Positions 27,346 to 38,353 of a stretch of DNA of 64,000 bases are shown piece after piece. This DNA comes from a virus, in IMG/VR virus record IMGVR_UViG_3300017963_000003, positions 1 through 64,000 of that record, one strand, 5' to 3'. Position numbers and translations under genes: made by a program. The notes beneath the pieces are model-generated. The model was not told where the DNA came from, did no database searches, and saw nothing but the letters and a program-made list of their open reading frames with translations. The first letter of the stretch is position 1. Every line of letters begins with the position of its first letter.

Positions 27346-30300
27346 TCGTCAAGCCGGGAACATACGCCCCCGGACCGAAGAGATGCAGACCCTTGAGCAA
27401 CACGGAGTGCATCCTGAAATCCCTCAGGTCTCGAACACCGCTCACCGACAACCGTAGCTGATGGATGACGTGGCCACCTGCGGGCTGGGTCACGTCGACG
27501 TTCTCGTTGCGCTCGATCTCTACCCAGGAAGCGGCCAAGCACGCCGAAGAGTCTACCCCGGAACGATGCTCGAACTTGATGGTCAGCTCGTTCTGGACGT
27601 ACATCCTGGCTTCCTGATGAGTCAGGAAGTACTGAGCACCCTCCAGGTACTGCGAGGAGTCCATGCTGACCGTAAAGGGATCAACGAACCGCCAGTTGGC
27701 CGGAGAGATTTCCCGACGCTCCTCGGGACCTTCGAAGTAGAGAGAAGCCTGCGCCTGGTCCATGTTCGAACGCCGGTCGAGTGCAGCACGCCGAGTCTCC
27801 CTGTTGAAGTACACCGGGACAGTGGCCTCTCGGGTGAGAACGTTGTGCTCCATCCGGTTCCACAAGAGGTAGTCTGCAAGCCACATGTAGTCCTGGTAGG
27901 GACTTCCTAGATCGAGAAGAGGTGTCGTGAGCTGGTAAACCGGATTGTAGTTCATCGTGTAAGACGACGACGGCTTGTAGTCGGCGGGGTTGATGAACTG
28001 GATCTGGTTGGACGAGTTGAACTGCCAGAGATCGTTCGGTACGGAGATGCCGTCTTCGAACAAGATCGCAGCTACCTGGTCCATGTCAGACTCGTAGAGA
28101 AGTGAAGCCGTGTAAGGTGCACCCGCACTGAACGTCAACTGCTCCCCTTTTACCGGCAGCAACGACGGAGACAAGAAGGAGTACCGGAACGGCGTCGTAG
28201 GGACGATATCCAGGTTGACCAAAGTGGCAACGGAGAAGTCGGCCTCACCGATAGAGCCGTGCACGTTCACCGGCACTCCGTTAGAGTCGAACTCCGTCAC
28301 ATCGAAGATATCGAGTGACGAATGCGCCGGCATGATGTCGCGCGTACGACCCTGCTGCACGGTGTTGTCGGTAATGGCGATGGTCTTGGAGGTAGTAACC
28401 GCTGGGGGACTGCCGGTGGGCAGCGGCAATAGCGAGTACACCACGTCTACCTCGATCTCAGAGCCATCGGGAGCCACCAAGATGTAGCTTCCATCACTGG
28501 GGATGGACACCCACCCGGCCCCTGGAGTCCACGACGTGCCGTAAGGAGTCCACCGGAACCGACGAAGGTCACCCACAGAGTTGTACTCGTACTCGAACGC
28601 TCCGTTCCCGGCTGGCGTGTCATCAGAGAGACGAATGATCTGGGCACCCGCGAACACCCTCTCGCGGCTCGCCTCCTTGAAGTGCAGACCGAGGTACTTC
28701 TGCGTCGTCGTCCGTAGTTCTTCCGGAGACCACGAGAAGACCAGCTCACCGAAGAACTGTCGGTGCCGATACCGGGGGACGGTGACCTCCCCGAGAGCCC
28801 TGGAAGTGATGTACTCGATGTCGATCCGAGGATCATCCACCGAGACCTCCATCCCTGGAGTTGCCTGAGCCATCTCCACGGACACCAGAACCTCGTTCGG
28901 GATCAATCCAGCGGGAATGATCTGCTCTACTTCCACGTAGGTAGCCTTTTCGATCCCCGTACCGCCAGCATCGGTGGCCACTGGAGTCAATGTGCCTGAA
29001 CGCCACGTAGCTCCACCGTCGAAGCTGAAGCTCAGAACAGCCTGAACAGCGGTGGCGTTGTGGGACAAAATCCACGCGGAGAACTTGGCCTTGAAGCCCT
29101 CGTAGTCGTAGAGGAGACCGGAGTTCTTCTGCGGGGACAACCCTCCGCGCTCCACCATAGGAGCCGGATACTGAAGGGCGCGACCCCTGAAGTTCACGTA
29201 GTCCCCGGCAGCGTCACGGTAGACGTACCTGAAAGCCGGACACGGGGCCAACGGATGTGTCCTGCCCCGTATCACACGAGAAGGTTCGATCCTGGAAGTT
29301 GCTCCCGCACCCCATCCGGTGAGGTACCACGCATCCGGTGTTTCAGGATCTCCTACCGACGTGTCATCGAAGATATCAACAAGACCTGCCGTGACAACCG
29401 CCGGTAGCGCAGAGGTGTCCACAGTCACCCAGGTCCCCTTCGTCGACGACAGCTGATGTGCTTTCTTGCTGTAGTTGGTCGAGAAAGCGTAGATGAAGCT
29501 GACCGTAGAGGACCCGTAGGTGGGGAGATCATCCAGGAACACGTGCACCGTCAGGGTATGCCCCAGGGCGTCCGTCAGCGTGTAGGTGCCGTCTTCGGTG
29601 ATCGTCACCCATCCGAGACCGGGTGCCCACGTACCACCTGGAGAACCCCATCTCAATCGTTGCACCGGGGGTGTGACGGTCCCGTCGTAGTAGTACTCCA
29701 AGGTGGAATCCGTATCGACCCGGATAGCACCCATGATGTTACGAAAGGTCACCCCCGCTAGCGTACCCGTAGGCGCAAATACGATGTCACCCGGCTCCAC
29801 GCCGAAGATCTCGACCGCCGCGTTCAGAGGTCCCGGCTCGACGCAGACCCAAGGCTTCGTGAACCCGTACGCAAACAGGACCTTGGAGTTGTAGGACGAG
29901 AAGATGGTCAAGCCCGCAGCGGCGTTCACAAACGCCACTACTTGCGCCACAGACGGAGTAGGGTAGCCGGGGATGGTGCTGAGATCGACCGTAAGGGTAC
30001 CATTCCCCCAGTTGAGGTAGAGATAACGAGTGGTCGCGTTCAAGACGAAAGGACCCGCTCGTCCGAGAATAGAAGGCGGATTGGTCTCCACCGGTCCAGG
30101 GAGGAACATCTCCCCGTCAACGGCTTTCACCGGAAGACCAGGGGTGAACAACGTGCCCCACCGAAGCTCCTGCGTGACAGGGTTGTACTGGAGCGCCATG
30201 GAAGGCGCACCGCCGGAAACGTCAGCCTCGGGCGTGCCGAGAACCACCCCAGGAACGCCAGCACCGCTGTACTGCGAGTACGCCGACCTCTCCAGGAATC

Positions 30301-30940
30301 GATGATTATCGAGCATCGACTGGTCTAGCACCCAGTTCGGCCCCCAGAACCGACGAGTGTATCCGAACGGAGGGATCTGAGTGAACGCGGCTACAGAGGT
30401 CTCCAAGCCGCGCACTTTTCCGCCATAGTTTCGATACGCATTATGCATCTCGTGCACTACGTACCGATACGTATCGAGGTCCTGACCCAAGTCGTTGTAG
30501 ACCCCGATATTCTTCCCGAAACGATCCTCGATACCGTTAATGGTAACCGTCTCGATGGACAGGTCGTCCTTGGCTTCTTGCCAGTCGTCGTCCATCCCCT
30601 CGAAGACCTCAGCATAAGCGACATGCCAGATCGCACTCTCGCGAACGGTGACCCAACTCGGGAGACGACGACCGTTAGCGAGATTCACGAGCAGGAACTC
30701 GTTCTCCCCCAGGTTGAGGTGGCGACTGAAAACCACGTTCCCTTGGCTGTCAGAGGTGACGTGTCCGGAGAAAAACTCGTTGATGTAGAGCCCGAACTGC
30801 GTGTTCGGATACGCCGTACGGAGACGAATATCCGTGTTCCCGTGCCGGTAGGGAATGATGGTACCCTTGGCCTCGTAGAAGGGACCATCGATGACAGCCT
30901 TGACCAGCTCAGCGTACCTGTTCACACCTTCGAGAGCCAT
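27338..30940 (-). CDS. Large baseplate wedge / fibre-attachment structural protein
   Basis: 1200 aa, beta-rich, downstream of baseplate J; contains internal repeated modules. Confidence 0.7.
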   Translation of the reverse strand: MALEGVNRYAELVKAVIDGPFYEAKGTIIPYRHGNTDIRLRTAYPNTQFGLYINEFFSGHVTSDSQGNVVFSRHLNLGENEFLLVNLANGRRLPSWVTVRESAIWHVAYAEVFEGMDDDWQEAKDDLSIETVTINGIEDRFGKNIGVYNDLGQDLDTYRYVVHEMHNAYRNYGGKVRGLETSVAAFTQIPPFGYTRRFWGPNWVLDQSMLDNHRFLERSAYSQYSGAGVPGVVLGTPEADVSGGAPSMALQYNPVTQELRWGTLFTPGLPVKAVDGEMFLPGPVETNPPSILGRAGPFVLNATTRYLYLNWGNGTLTVDLSTIPGYPTPSVAQVVAFVNAAAGLTIFSSYNSKVLFAYGFTKPWVCVEPGPLNAAVEIFGVEPGDIVFAPTGTLAGVTFRNIMGAIRVDTDSTLEYYYDGTVTPPVQRLRWGSPGGTWAPGLGWVTITEDGTYTLTDALGHTLTVHVFLDDLPTYGSSTVSFIYAFSTNYSKKAHQLSSTKGTWVTVDTSALPAVVTAGLVDIFDDTSVGDPETPDAWYLTGWGAGATSRIEPSRVIRGRTHPLAPCPAFRYVYRDAAGDYVNFRGRALQYPAPMVERGGLSPQKNSGLLYDYEGFKAKFSAWILSHNATAVQAVLSFSFDGGATWRSGTLTPVATDAGGTGIEKATYVEVEQIIPAGLIPNEVLVSVEMAQATPGMEVSVDDPRIDIEYITSRALGEVTVPRYRHRQFFGELVFSWSPEELRTTTQKYLGLHFKEASRERVFAGAQIIRLSDDTPAGNGAFEYEYNSVGDLRRFRWTPYGTSWTPGAGWVSIPSDGSYILVAPDGSEIEVDVVYSLLPLPTGSPPAVTTSKTIAITDNTVQQGRTRDIMPAHSSLDIFDVTEFDSNGVPVNVHGSIGEADFSVATLVNLDIVPTTPFRYSFLSPSLLPVKGEQLTFSAGAPYTASLLYESDMDQVAAILFEDGISVPNDLWQFNSSNQIQFINPADYKPSSSYTMNYNPVYQLTTPLLDLGSPYQDYMWLADYLLWNRMEHNVLTREATVPVYFNRETRRAALDRRSNMDQAQASLYFEGPEERREISPANWRFVDPFTVSMDSSQYLEGAQYFLTHQEARMYVQNELTIKFEHRSGVDSSACLAASWVEIERNENVDVTQPAGGHVIHQLRLSVSGVRDLRDFRMHSVLLKGLHLFGPGAYVPGLTNV

Positions 30941-30942
30941 CT

Positions 30943-31944
30943 CTAGTATCCTCCACCGAGACCCTTCGACGCATCACTGGGAGTGACGAGCTGGGTATCG
31001 TTCACGATGTCCATCTCTACCCCGGATTGAGCGCTGTTGATCGATCTCAAGCCGTCCACATAGTAGTACCTGTACGAATCCCTGGAGGTGGCCTTGTCGT
31101 TACCCACAACGGAGACGTCCACCTCCCCCTCGTAGGCCGCCGACTGCCACGCATCGTCCCGGCTCGCCGGCACCAGACCGCGTACTCGTTTATCGGAGAC
31201 CACCACAGTGTCATGCACAGGCTGGTTCTGAAAAACCGCGAACGGTCTGTAGTAGAACCACTCCACACGAGCCACGTCGACGTCGTAAGAAGCTGACCCG
31301 TTGAAAGAGTAGATGACGAAATGCGCTGGGTTAACGATGTACCTCACAGAGCGCATCACTACCGAACCGTTCGCGATGAAGTACACGTCGGTTCCCCAAC
31401 GCAGTATCTTGAACATCGAGAGACCGGTCGTCCAGGGAAGCTCGATCTTCAACAGATCTACCGGAGAGCCTCCGACGTAGACTCCACATTCCAGACGAAG
31501 GTTCCCTTCATCTGAGAGATAGACAACCATGGCCGCGAAGTTAGAAGAGTCCACAAACAGGTTGAGGGCAAACAGAGCGACATTGCTCGAAGGGTTCGCA
31601 GTCGGAGCAGACAAGGACATACGGACTTCACCTTGGGTATCGCCCCACTGCTTCACCGACTGAACACCAGCGATGCTTGCCGGAGTAGTTCCGGTGGACA
31701 TCTGCAAGTGATCGGCCCCTACCGTGATCGAACCGCTCCCCGTCGAAGCGTCCGTCCACTTGAGGGGGTCAAGAACCGCTCCAGTGAAGTAGTCATCCCA
31801 CTGACGAGGATCGAACCCCTCACCGAGGATGACGAAGCGGTTACCTCCCGGAGCAGGGCCTTCGAGAGGGTCCACCGAGTGAACCACGGCCTGCGGGCCG
31901 TACAGGACCCCGCTACCGTACTTGAATAGCTGATAGTAGCCCAT
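30943..31944 (-). CDS. Baseplate-associated protein with an IPT/TIG-like start
   Basis: VHSVDPLEGPAPGGNRFVILGEGF is a typical IPT/TIG opening; located in the baseplate cluster. Confidence 0.65.
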   Translation of the reverse strand: MGYYQLFKYGSGVLYGPQAVVHSVDPLEGPAPGGNRFVILGEGFDPRQWDDYFTGAVLDPLKWTDASTGSGSITVGADHLQMSTGTTPASIAGVQSVKQWGDTQGEVRMSLSAPTANPSSNVALFALNLFVDSSNFAAMVVYLSDEGNLRLECGVYVGGSPVDLLKIELPWTTGLSMFKILRWGTDVYFIANGSVVMRSVRYIVNPAHFVIYSFNGSASYDVDVARVEWFYYRPFAVFQNQPVHDTVVVSDKRVRGLVPASRDDAWQSAAYEGEVDVSVVGNDKATSRDSYRYYYVDGLRSINSAQSGVEMDIVNDTQLVTPSDASKGLGGGY

Positions 31945-33374
31945 TACGACACCAAGCTGACCACGAGGTCTGCGTCCTCGATGAAAGCGTGTTCGTATGG
32001 TCCGATTTCGATGTCCGACACCCCCGTACCGTCTTTCTCAGCCAAGGTCACGTAGACCCAGTTGTCCACACCGAAGATCTCAGCCACCTGAGCATCGATA
32101 TCAAACTCCTCCAGATTCTCCCCAAGCTTCAACCCGTTGATGTAGCTGATGACGCGCTCCCTGACCAAGTTGAGGACCGTAGTCGGGTTACCCGACTTCA
32201 CCTTCAGTTCCGCCTCGATCTCCACCAGCTTCGGCTGCGCCCACCGGAACAAGACGTCGGAGCCCATCACGAAGTACTCGGGCTGCGTGTAGTAAGAAGT
32301 GACGATGGTGATCATCGAGTTGTAGTTGTAGACAATCCGCAACGGGTCCCCGAGAGCAGGTGCCGTCCCTCCAAGGATGAACCGGATACCGTCCTGACCC
32401 CGGTCGCTGTAGGCGTAGATCCCTTCCCCGGTGACGACTTCGTAGTCAGTCCCTTCGGTATACACGGTCACGCCGCTCGAAACCGTCAAGACCGACATCA
32501 ACGGTTGCTTGGGAACCGGTATCAGCTCCCCCAGACCGGGATAGGTAGTGTCGAACGTGTCGTTGAGGGGAGCCTCTGCCATCAGCCAGACGTCGACTGC
32601 CCCGGCGTCGTCGGTATGCCGGGTCAGGTTGACGTCATTGCCGTACACAACATACACATCCTCGATATTGTTAAAGTTGTCCAACCCAAAAAGCGACAAA
32701 CCCGCCGGAGTCGACCCCTGATTCCCCCGCACTTGCATCAAGTAGCGCTCAGCAAGATCGCTATTGGTTTCTCGACCAAGACCACTGGTGGTGGCTTCCT
32801 TATTCGTCACGTACTCGAACGAAGAAAACGCACGGCGAAATTGAACAATCGTGTTCGCCCCCACCATCGAAGCTTCTCCGGCGAGAACACTCGCCACCGC
32901 AACATCAATTTCGTACCTCTCGGTCGCGGCGTTGTAATAGCTAGACGAGGGGACAGTCAGAGGACCGTACATCACCGCTGACTCAATCGTCCTGAAGTTG
33001 ATGACGTTCCCCGTCTGAGGGTTTGCTGTCGTAGCCAAAGGGAAATTGACGGGTATATGGATATCAGTCGTCGGAGGCTGAAGTCGGGAAAACGTCACTG
33101 TGGTCACTGCCGGAGAACCAGACCAGCGGATCATCCCTTCGTTGAACACAAACGCGTCCAGATCATCCGGGTTGAAGCGCTCCGCGTACCTCATGCTCAT
33201 CAGCTGGCTGAGATAGACGGTGTTGTCGTGCATGTCCTTCATCACCGACGCCGGAGGGGTGACGAAGAGGTCCTTGACCGGACCTATCGAAGTGTCGAGG
33301 TTACCATCCCTCGCTGCCGCTGCATCGGAGATCTCACCTTCGAACTGAGCTACTGTTTTTCGTTGAATAACCAT
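31944..33374 (-). CDS. Baseplate J-like wedge protein
   Basis: IGPVKDLF, GSPAVTTVTF, VTNKEATTSGLGRETNSDLAERY, YINGLKLGE. Confidence 0.85.
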   Translation of the reverse strand: MVIQRKTVAQFEGEISDAAAARDGNLDTSIGPVKDLFVTPPASVMKDMHDNTVYLSQLMSMRYAERFNPDDLDAFVFNEGMIRWSGSPAVTTVTFSRLQPPTTDIHIPVNFPLATTANPQTGNVINFRTIESAVMYGPLTVPSSSYYNAATERYEIDVAVASVLAGEASMVGANTIVQFRRAFSSFEYVTNKEATTSGLGRETNSDLAERYLMQVRGNQGSTPAGLSLFGLDNFNNIEDVYVVYGNDVNLTRHTDDAGAVDVWLMAEAPLNDTFDTTYPGLGELIPVPKQPLMSVLTVSSGVTVYTEGTDYEVVTGEGIYAYSDRGQDGIRFILGGTAPALGDPLRIVYNYNSMITIVTSYYTQPEYFVMGSDVLFRWAQPKLVEIEAELKVKSGNPTTVLNLVRERVISYINGLKLGENLEEFDIDAQVAEIFGVDNWVYVTLAEKDGTGVSDIEIGPYEHAFIEDADLVVSLVS

Positions 33375-33377
33375 GAT

Positions 33378-33815
33378 CTACCTCGTAGTACCCCCCAAAG
33401 AAAAATTAGGAAGATTACCCAACGTGTAAAAATCTACACGCCAACGGAAATTGCGAGGATCAGTCTCATCGCCCCACACCTGTATAGGCGAGAATGAATC
33501 CAGCAGCTCTCTGTAGGTACGCCGACTATACTGTTTGTGGCGCTGAGTCCACTGATACCGATTCAGGGAGTTCCTAAGGAGAGTCTGGAACTGGAACAAC
33601 GCAGGCATGCTCCAACCCAGCTCGGGCTCCCCATCTACGGCCCTCCCGACGACACGATTGAGCCCGGCACCGATCCCATCAGCGCGCACCCCCGTAGTGA
33701 GCACCATCCGACATTCCTGGCGTAGCTTCTCCTCGCCCGTGATAGTCTCGTACCCGTTGTTATCGTGGTACCGAACGATGTCACCATTTTCGATTTTCAG
33801 AGTCCAACTCATCAC
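33378..33815 (-). CDS. gp25-like baseplate wedge / sheath initiator
   Basis: 145 aa directly before baseplate J; TLKIENGDI...ITGEEKLRQE..MVLTT..GAGL. Confidence 0.65.
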   Translation of the reverse strand: MMSWTLKIENGDIVRYHDNNGYETITGEEKLRQECRMVLTTGVRADGIGAGLNRVVGRAVDGEPELGWSMPALFQFQTLLRNSLNRYQWTQRHKQYSRRTYRELLDSFSPIQVWGDETDPRNFRWRVDFYTLGNLPNFSLGGTTR

Positions 33816-34312
33816 GGCACCGCCGATGCTGCTTCCATCATGGCCCAGTAATGAGCGTCATCGACAGACTCTACTAGGGCCACGAGTTCGTTCTTGATAC
33901 CCTCCCAGTACTGAAGAAGCACTTCCAGCTCGTCCGTGAAGGATACCACGTTCTTGTACCGTTCCCTCCAGACCGTGAGCGCAGACGTTGCGGTGTCGAA
34001 CAGCAACAGCGCAGGGTCGGTGATCATCTGGTAGAACTCCGGGCACAGTTCTTTCAAAGGGCCGTCCGGTATGTTCGTCAACGCGTCCCTGACCTGATCA
34101 ATGATCGTCTGGACAATCGCCCACGCAGCCTCCTCCAGAGCCTTCAAGATGTCGAACTGCGCCAACCAAGCCACGAGCCACTGAATCTGTAGATCGATGT
34201 ACTCGATGATGGCCAACAAGATGGCCTTCAGCGCCTCAAGCAGAGGAGCCACCTGTGCGTAGAGCCATCTCAAGATGCACAACGCGATAGTCCCTGCGCC
34301 TGTTAGAGCCAT
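33812..34312 (-). CDS. Hypothetical amphipathic helical protein in the baseplate cluster
   Basis: 166 aa between spike and gp25-like genes; AGGAGG SD. Confidence 0.7.
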   Translation of the reverse strand: MALTGAGTIALCILRWLYAQVAPLLEALKAILLAIIEYIDLQIQWLVAWLAQFDILKALEEAAWAIVQTIIDQVRDALTNIPDGPLKELCPEFYQMITDPALLLFDTATSALTVWRERYKNVVSFTDELEVLLQYWEGIKNELVALVESVDDAHYWAMMEAASAVP

Positions 34313-34321
34313 CCTGTCCTC

Positions 34322-35839
34322 CTACAACGTCATCGACTTCGTGGACAACGTACCGCTCAAGGCAGACAACAAGGTCTGCGCCGCTGTAGCCAATGTCTGG
34401 AAAGGAACAGACAGTGGCGTCAAGGGCGGAGATGATGTCGCCGTAGAAAGCGCCTGGAACGTCGTCGCCGTGAGAGTCAAGTATGCCGTCAACGCCGTGT
34501 TGAAAGTAGTACCCTTGATCAGCGGCTCTACCGCACCTGTTCCGAGCTGCAAAAGAGGAGCTTCGAAAGTCAAGTTGCCCAGACAAGTCACCACGGCAGG
34601 GCTTGCCCCAAGACTGATCGACCCCGACGCTAGGGAGATCGAAGGTGCCGTAAGAGTCATCGCCCCTGCGGAAGTGAGGTCCATGACGCCACCAGCAGTA
34701 AGACCTAGAAGACCGCCCACGGTTATGTCCCCGAGACCGCCAACAGCGACCCCGTAGTCACCACCCACATTCAAGGAGTACGAACCCCCAACAGTCAAAT
34801 CGTAGGTCCCCGTCGAAGTCCAGCTCGTAGAGGTGTTGAGAACAGTCCACGTCGAGACCGGGGTGAACCATTGGAAACCGGTAACCAACGGAGCGGAGAC
34901 TCCGTAGTTCCCCAGATTGTCTACAAGTTCCGTCCACAAGGCAACCTGGCCCGTCGCGTCGTCAAAAGTACGACGAAGAACGCGCGTAGCGGTGCCGGTC
35001 ATGGCCACCGATAGGTCCGGAGAAAAGACTTGGGGACCAACGATCTGCTTAGTCGTGTCGTCGACAACCTGACCCTCGGAGGTACGCACCATCAGGAGAC
35101 CGTTTTGGTCCACAGAAGTCAGCGAAGCGCGCCTAATGTAGTTGGTGTGCTCCTGCCCGACATTGCCAGCGCCCGGAGTGACCAAATCGTAGATGTAGCT
35201 CTCCTGGGAATCCACGCCGGGAACGAGGATGCGCCGGGCCGACCCAGCCCTGATCTCGGAAGAGTCTCCGTACCGGGTGTGCACGAGGTCGGATTGGATG
35301 CGTACCTCGCCGTTAGGCTTATCGAGAGTCACCGAGTGGGGACCTGCTGTCAGGGACGCTCGGTCCCCCAAGTAGAGAGCGCAATTCCGCGCGCTCTTGA
35401 ACGACCAGTCCCCCGGACGTAGCCGCTTACCCGAAGCATCCCCCCACCCGATGCCGCCCCTCTCTTCGTTAGCGTCATCGTACCTCTTAAAAGCAGAAAA
35501 ATCTATCGTGTGGTAGCTAAGGGAGAACGCATTCCCCATTGCGTCGAAACCCACCAACAGGGTATCGCCTATCTGGGGTAGATAGACACCCCACGAAGAA
35601 CGAAGATAGTTCTTGTCCGTATCACTTTGCTTCGGAGGGAAAGACCACCCCGCAAGAGGTATCGGGACTTCAGGACGCGGATGACCCCCTCCTTTCAGGA
35701 ACTCCACGCTCACCGTACCACGCTCCAAGTGCAAGTCCTTTACACGAACCATATGTATGGTTGAGTAAAACTCCCGGTAAAGACGTCTTTCCTCCAAGAT
35801 CGGAGAAGTACTGGGATTCATGTTGGAGCGGCCAGACAT
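34322..35839 (-). CDS. Baseplate central spike (gpV/gp5-like)
   Basis: N-terminal OB-fold ending YLPQIGDTLLVGF; C-terminal beta-repeats YDLTVGGSYSLNVGGDYGVAVGG; apex EPLIKGTTF. Confidence 0.8.
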   Translation of the reverse strand: MSGRSNMNPSTSPILEERRLYREFYSTIHMVRVKDLHLERGTVSVEFLKGGGHPRPEVPIPLAGWSFPPKQSDTDKNYLRSSWGVYLPQIGDTLLVGFDAMGNAFSLSYHTIDFSAFKRYDDANEERGGIGWGDASGKRLRPGDWSFKSARNCALYLGDRASLTAGPHSVTLDKPNGEVRIQSDLVHTRYGDSSEIRAGSARRILVPGVDSQESYIYDLVTPGAGNVGQEHTNYIRRASLTSVDQNGLLMVRTSEGQVVDDTTKQIVGPQVFSPDLSVAMTGTATRVLRRTFDDATGQVALWTELVDNLGNYGVSAPLVTGFQWFTPVSTWTVLNTSTSWTSTGTYDLTVGGSYSLNVGGDYGVAVGGLGDITVGGLLGLTAGGVMDLTSAGAMTLTAPSISLASGSISLGASPAVVTCLGNLTFEAPLLQLGTGAVEPLIKGTTFNTALTAYLTLTATTFQALSTATSSPPLTPLSVPFQTLATAAQTLLSALSGTLSTKSMTL

Positions 35840-35842
35840 TTT

Positions 35843-38353
35843 CTAACCCTTCGCGTTCTCTGACAAAAGCCTCGCGTAGTTGAACGGCGTCTCTCCTCCG
35901 AAATGCTGAAAGTCCTCTAGCTTAGGGGAAGTCCCTTCCTTGTAGACGCCTTTCCACCCCCTAGCCAGATTAACGTTAACCGTCGTATCGCAAGCGCTGT
36001 TGACGACCATGCTGTGCTGACAACTAACGATATTCGCCACGTAGTTCCTCTGCCTCCAGTACAACGGACGGTTCACCATGAGTCCAAAATGAGGGAGAGT
36101 CTGTAACCCGATATTACGAGCCTCCGCATTCGTCTTCCTTAGCTCCACCGCAGCAAAAAGACGGGCAGCCTCTTCAGAAGTGACCTCCGTCCAAGGACCT
36201 TTATCAGCTGCGGGGCGTACACCAAGCAGAGGAACAAGGCCGTGGGCTGCCGCCCACTGAAAGCGCCGAGAGTTGATGTCGTTGGCCTCTTCAACACGAG
36301 CGATGTTGTTCGGAGCTATTCGAGCCAACGTCTTGAGACCGTTATCGTTCAGCGAACTGCTGAAACCGAAGGTTTCGTGACGGTTAATAGTAAAGTAGTC
36401 AGAATAGTTAAAATTCTGCGCGTTGTAGGAACCACCGAACCCCTCCAACGTGAGCTGAAGATCCGAAGACAGCTCCATCATCTCCAAAATATCAGACTCC
36501 GTGTAGTCCCCGCTCGCAGCAGACCACTCCGACACCCATTCACGAAGCGGCTTCTCCCCTTCCTTTCGCAAACCCTGCAAACCTGCACGACCTTCGATCT
36601 CCGCATTCGTGATATGGGAGTCCTCTCCATCGAACATCCAAGGATCGAAATCGTAGAAAGGCATCTCGAAAACAAGGTCCCCCCTACCTGTGGAGTAAAA
36701 ACAGAACTGAATCTGCTCCGCCAAATCGTAAATGTAGGTAAGACGGTCACGAAAATCGGAATGGAGATCCCCCTGAGCCCCACTAACCATCTCGTTCATT
36801 ACGCCTGCGGAGAGACCGAGACCCAGACGCGTCGGGGCCACGTAAAACACACGACCACCCCCTACTGGATAGGTGTCTATGTCCGACCCAATGATGCTGA
36901 CAACGTCCACCACGCCGAGACCGTCAGAATTAGGGGCGGAGGTCTCGTCGGCAGCCATATCGGTTAGATCGTCAACACGAACCCGACTGTGCAACATGTC
37001 GTTGAGCTGACGCAGATTCCCCATCGTGATCGGACTTCCTGTGGCCTTCTCTAAACCGTCTAGCTCGGCGTCCCCGATGTAATATGCGTACACCCCCTTG
37101 GACTCTTCTTTGCGCTTAAACGTTACCCCGTGAGGAGCATACACCGGAGGGAAGAAGGACCCCTGGAACCTACTCTGCTTAGCGCCAATCAGGTACTCTT
37201 CCAAGGATGACCGCCGTTGAGTATCGGTCATCTTGTTGATTTCATCCAAACTCTTATAAACACCGTGCTTCTGAAGGAAGACCTGCACCTCTGAGTCACT
37301 GAAAGCCTCTACAGCCCGATTGGTCAACTCAGTCATGACCCCCTCGTAGGCTTCCTTACCGAAGAAGAGCATCTCCAGAATCTCGTACGCAGTAAAATGA
37401 GCAAATAGCTCCTGATACGCAACCCAGTTCAACGCGGCTACGTCGCCCGCACCCTCGAACGCAGGATCAAACTTGAAGATCTCCTGAATGCTCTTGTCGA
37501 GCCCAGCGTCTACGTTGAGCTGGAAATAAGAGTACCGAAGTGTTTTACTGACGTCAGTCCCTACGATAGTAACCGTGGACTCCTGATTCACCCCAACGTC
37601 TTCGGTGAAACCGTCTACAAAGCCGGAAAACATCCAGTACCATATGGTCGGGACAAAAGGATCGCGAAACGCAATTCTTATAGGATCGTTCGGATGGAAG
37701 ATGCAGTCACCTTCAGTAAAAGGGTACGTGTATATGTAATCTTCCAAAAAAATAGGAAACGCGTCCCAATCCTCTCCCAAGGCGTCTATGACCTTCTGAG
37801 ACTCCGGGGCATACTGCGTGGCCTTCTTTTCCACTACCGTCTTCTTTATGGAATCGGGGACAGAACCCTCCTCCCAGTTCTCCTGGAACCAACCCGAGGC
37901 AGCTCTCAACTCGTCATTGAATGCGCTAACCACGTCCACAAAAGACTGCCCCACCTGCTCATTGGCGAATGCCCCAAAAAAAGCCTCTAGTACATCTACG
38001 TCCTCCCCCGCTTCGTCGCGAAAGTACTGCTGCAACCCTGCGAAGAGGGTAACGTTGTCTTTAAGGTAGTTGACAAGCTGTTCCCGGCTGTCGCTAAGCG
38101 CAACCATATCGGTATGATCGATGATGTATTTGTCCAACGGGTTATGCAGAGTGATTGAACACGTAGAAGGAGCGCGATCCATGCTGCCCCCGGATTGGTT
38201 GACACGCACGTCTATAACGTCCCCCGACACCTCCTGCCCGTAAATGAAAACACGGAACGCCGGAAAAGCGGCGCGGTAGATGCCTTCTTGAGACGAGAGG
38301 ACCGACTGCTCCGTCCAGAGTTTTTCACCCAGTTTACCCAGTTCAACCATCAC
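35843..38353 (-). CDS. Baseplate hub (gp27/gpD-like) with large insertions
   Basis: STCSITLHNP, DPIRIAF..FSGFVD..T..V..ESTVTIVGTD, FYSTGRGDLVFEMP, RPLY; located between the tube initiator and the spike. Confidence 0.75.
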   Translation of the reverse strand: MMVELGKLGEKLWTEQSVLSSQEGIYRAAFPAFRVFIYGQEVSGDVIDVRVNQSGGSMDRAPSTCSITLHNPLDKYIIDHTDMVALSDSREQLVNYLKDNVTLFAGLQQYFRDEAGEDVDVLEAFFGAFANEQVGQSFVDVVSAFNDELRAASGWFQENWEEGSVPDSIKKTVVEKKATQYAPESQKVIDALGEDWDAFPIFLEDYIYTYPFTEGDCIFHPNDPIRIAFRDPFVPTIWYWMFSGFVDGFTEDVGVNQESTVTIVGTDVSKTLRYSYFQLNVDAGLDKSIQEIFKFDPAFEGAGDVAALNWVAYQELFAHFTAYEILEMLFFGKEAYEGVMTELTNRAVEAFSDSEVQVFLQKHGVYKSLDEINKMTDTQRRSSLEEYLIGAKQSRFQGSFFPPVYAPHGVTFKRKEESKGVYAYYIGDAELDGLEKATGSPITMGNLRQLNDMLHSRVRVDDLTDMAADETSAPNSDGLGVVDVVSIIGSDIDTYPVGGGRVFYVAPTRLGLGLSAGVMNEMVSGAQGDLHSDFRDRLTYIYDLAEQIQFCFYSTGRGDLVFEMPFYDFDPWMFDGEDSHITNAEIEGRAGLQGLRKEGEKPLREWVSEWSAASGDYTESDILEMMELSSDLQLTLEGFGGSYNAQNFNYSDYFTINRHETFGFSSSLNDNGLKTLARIAPNNIARVEEANDINSRRFQWAAAHGLVPLLGVRPAADKGPWTEVTSEEAARLFAAVELRKTNAEARNIGLQTLPHFGLMVNRPLYWRQRNYVANIVSCQHSMVVNSACDTTVNVNLARGWKGVYKEGTSPKLEDFQHFGGETPFNYARLLSENAKG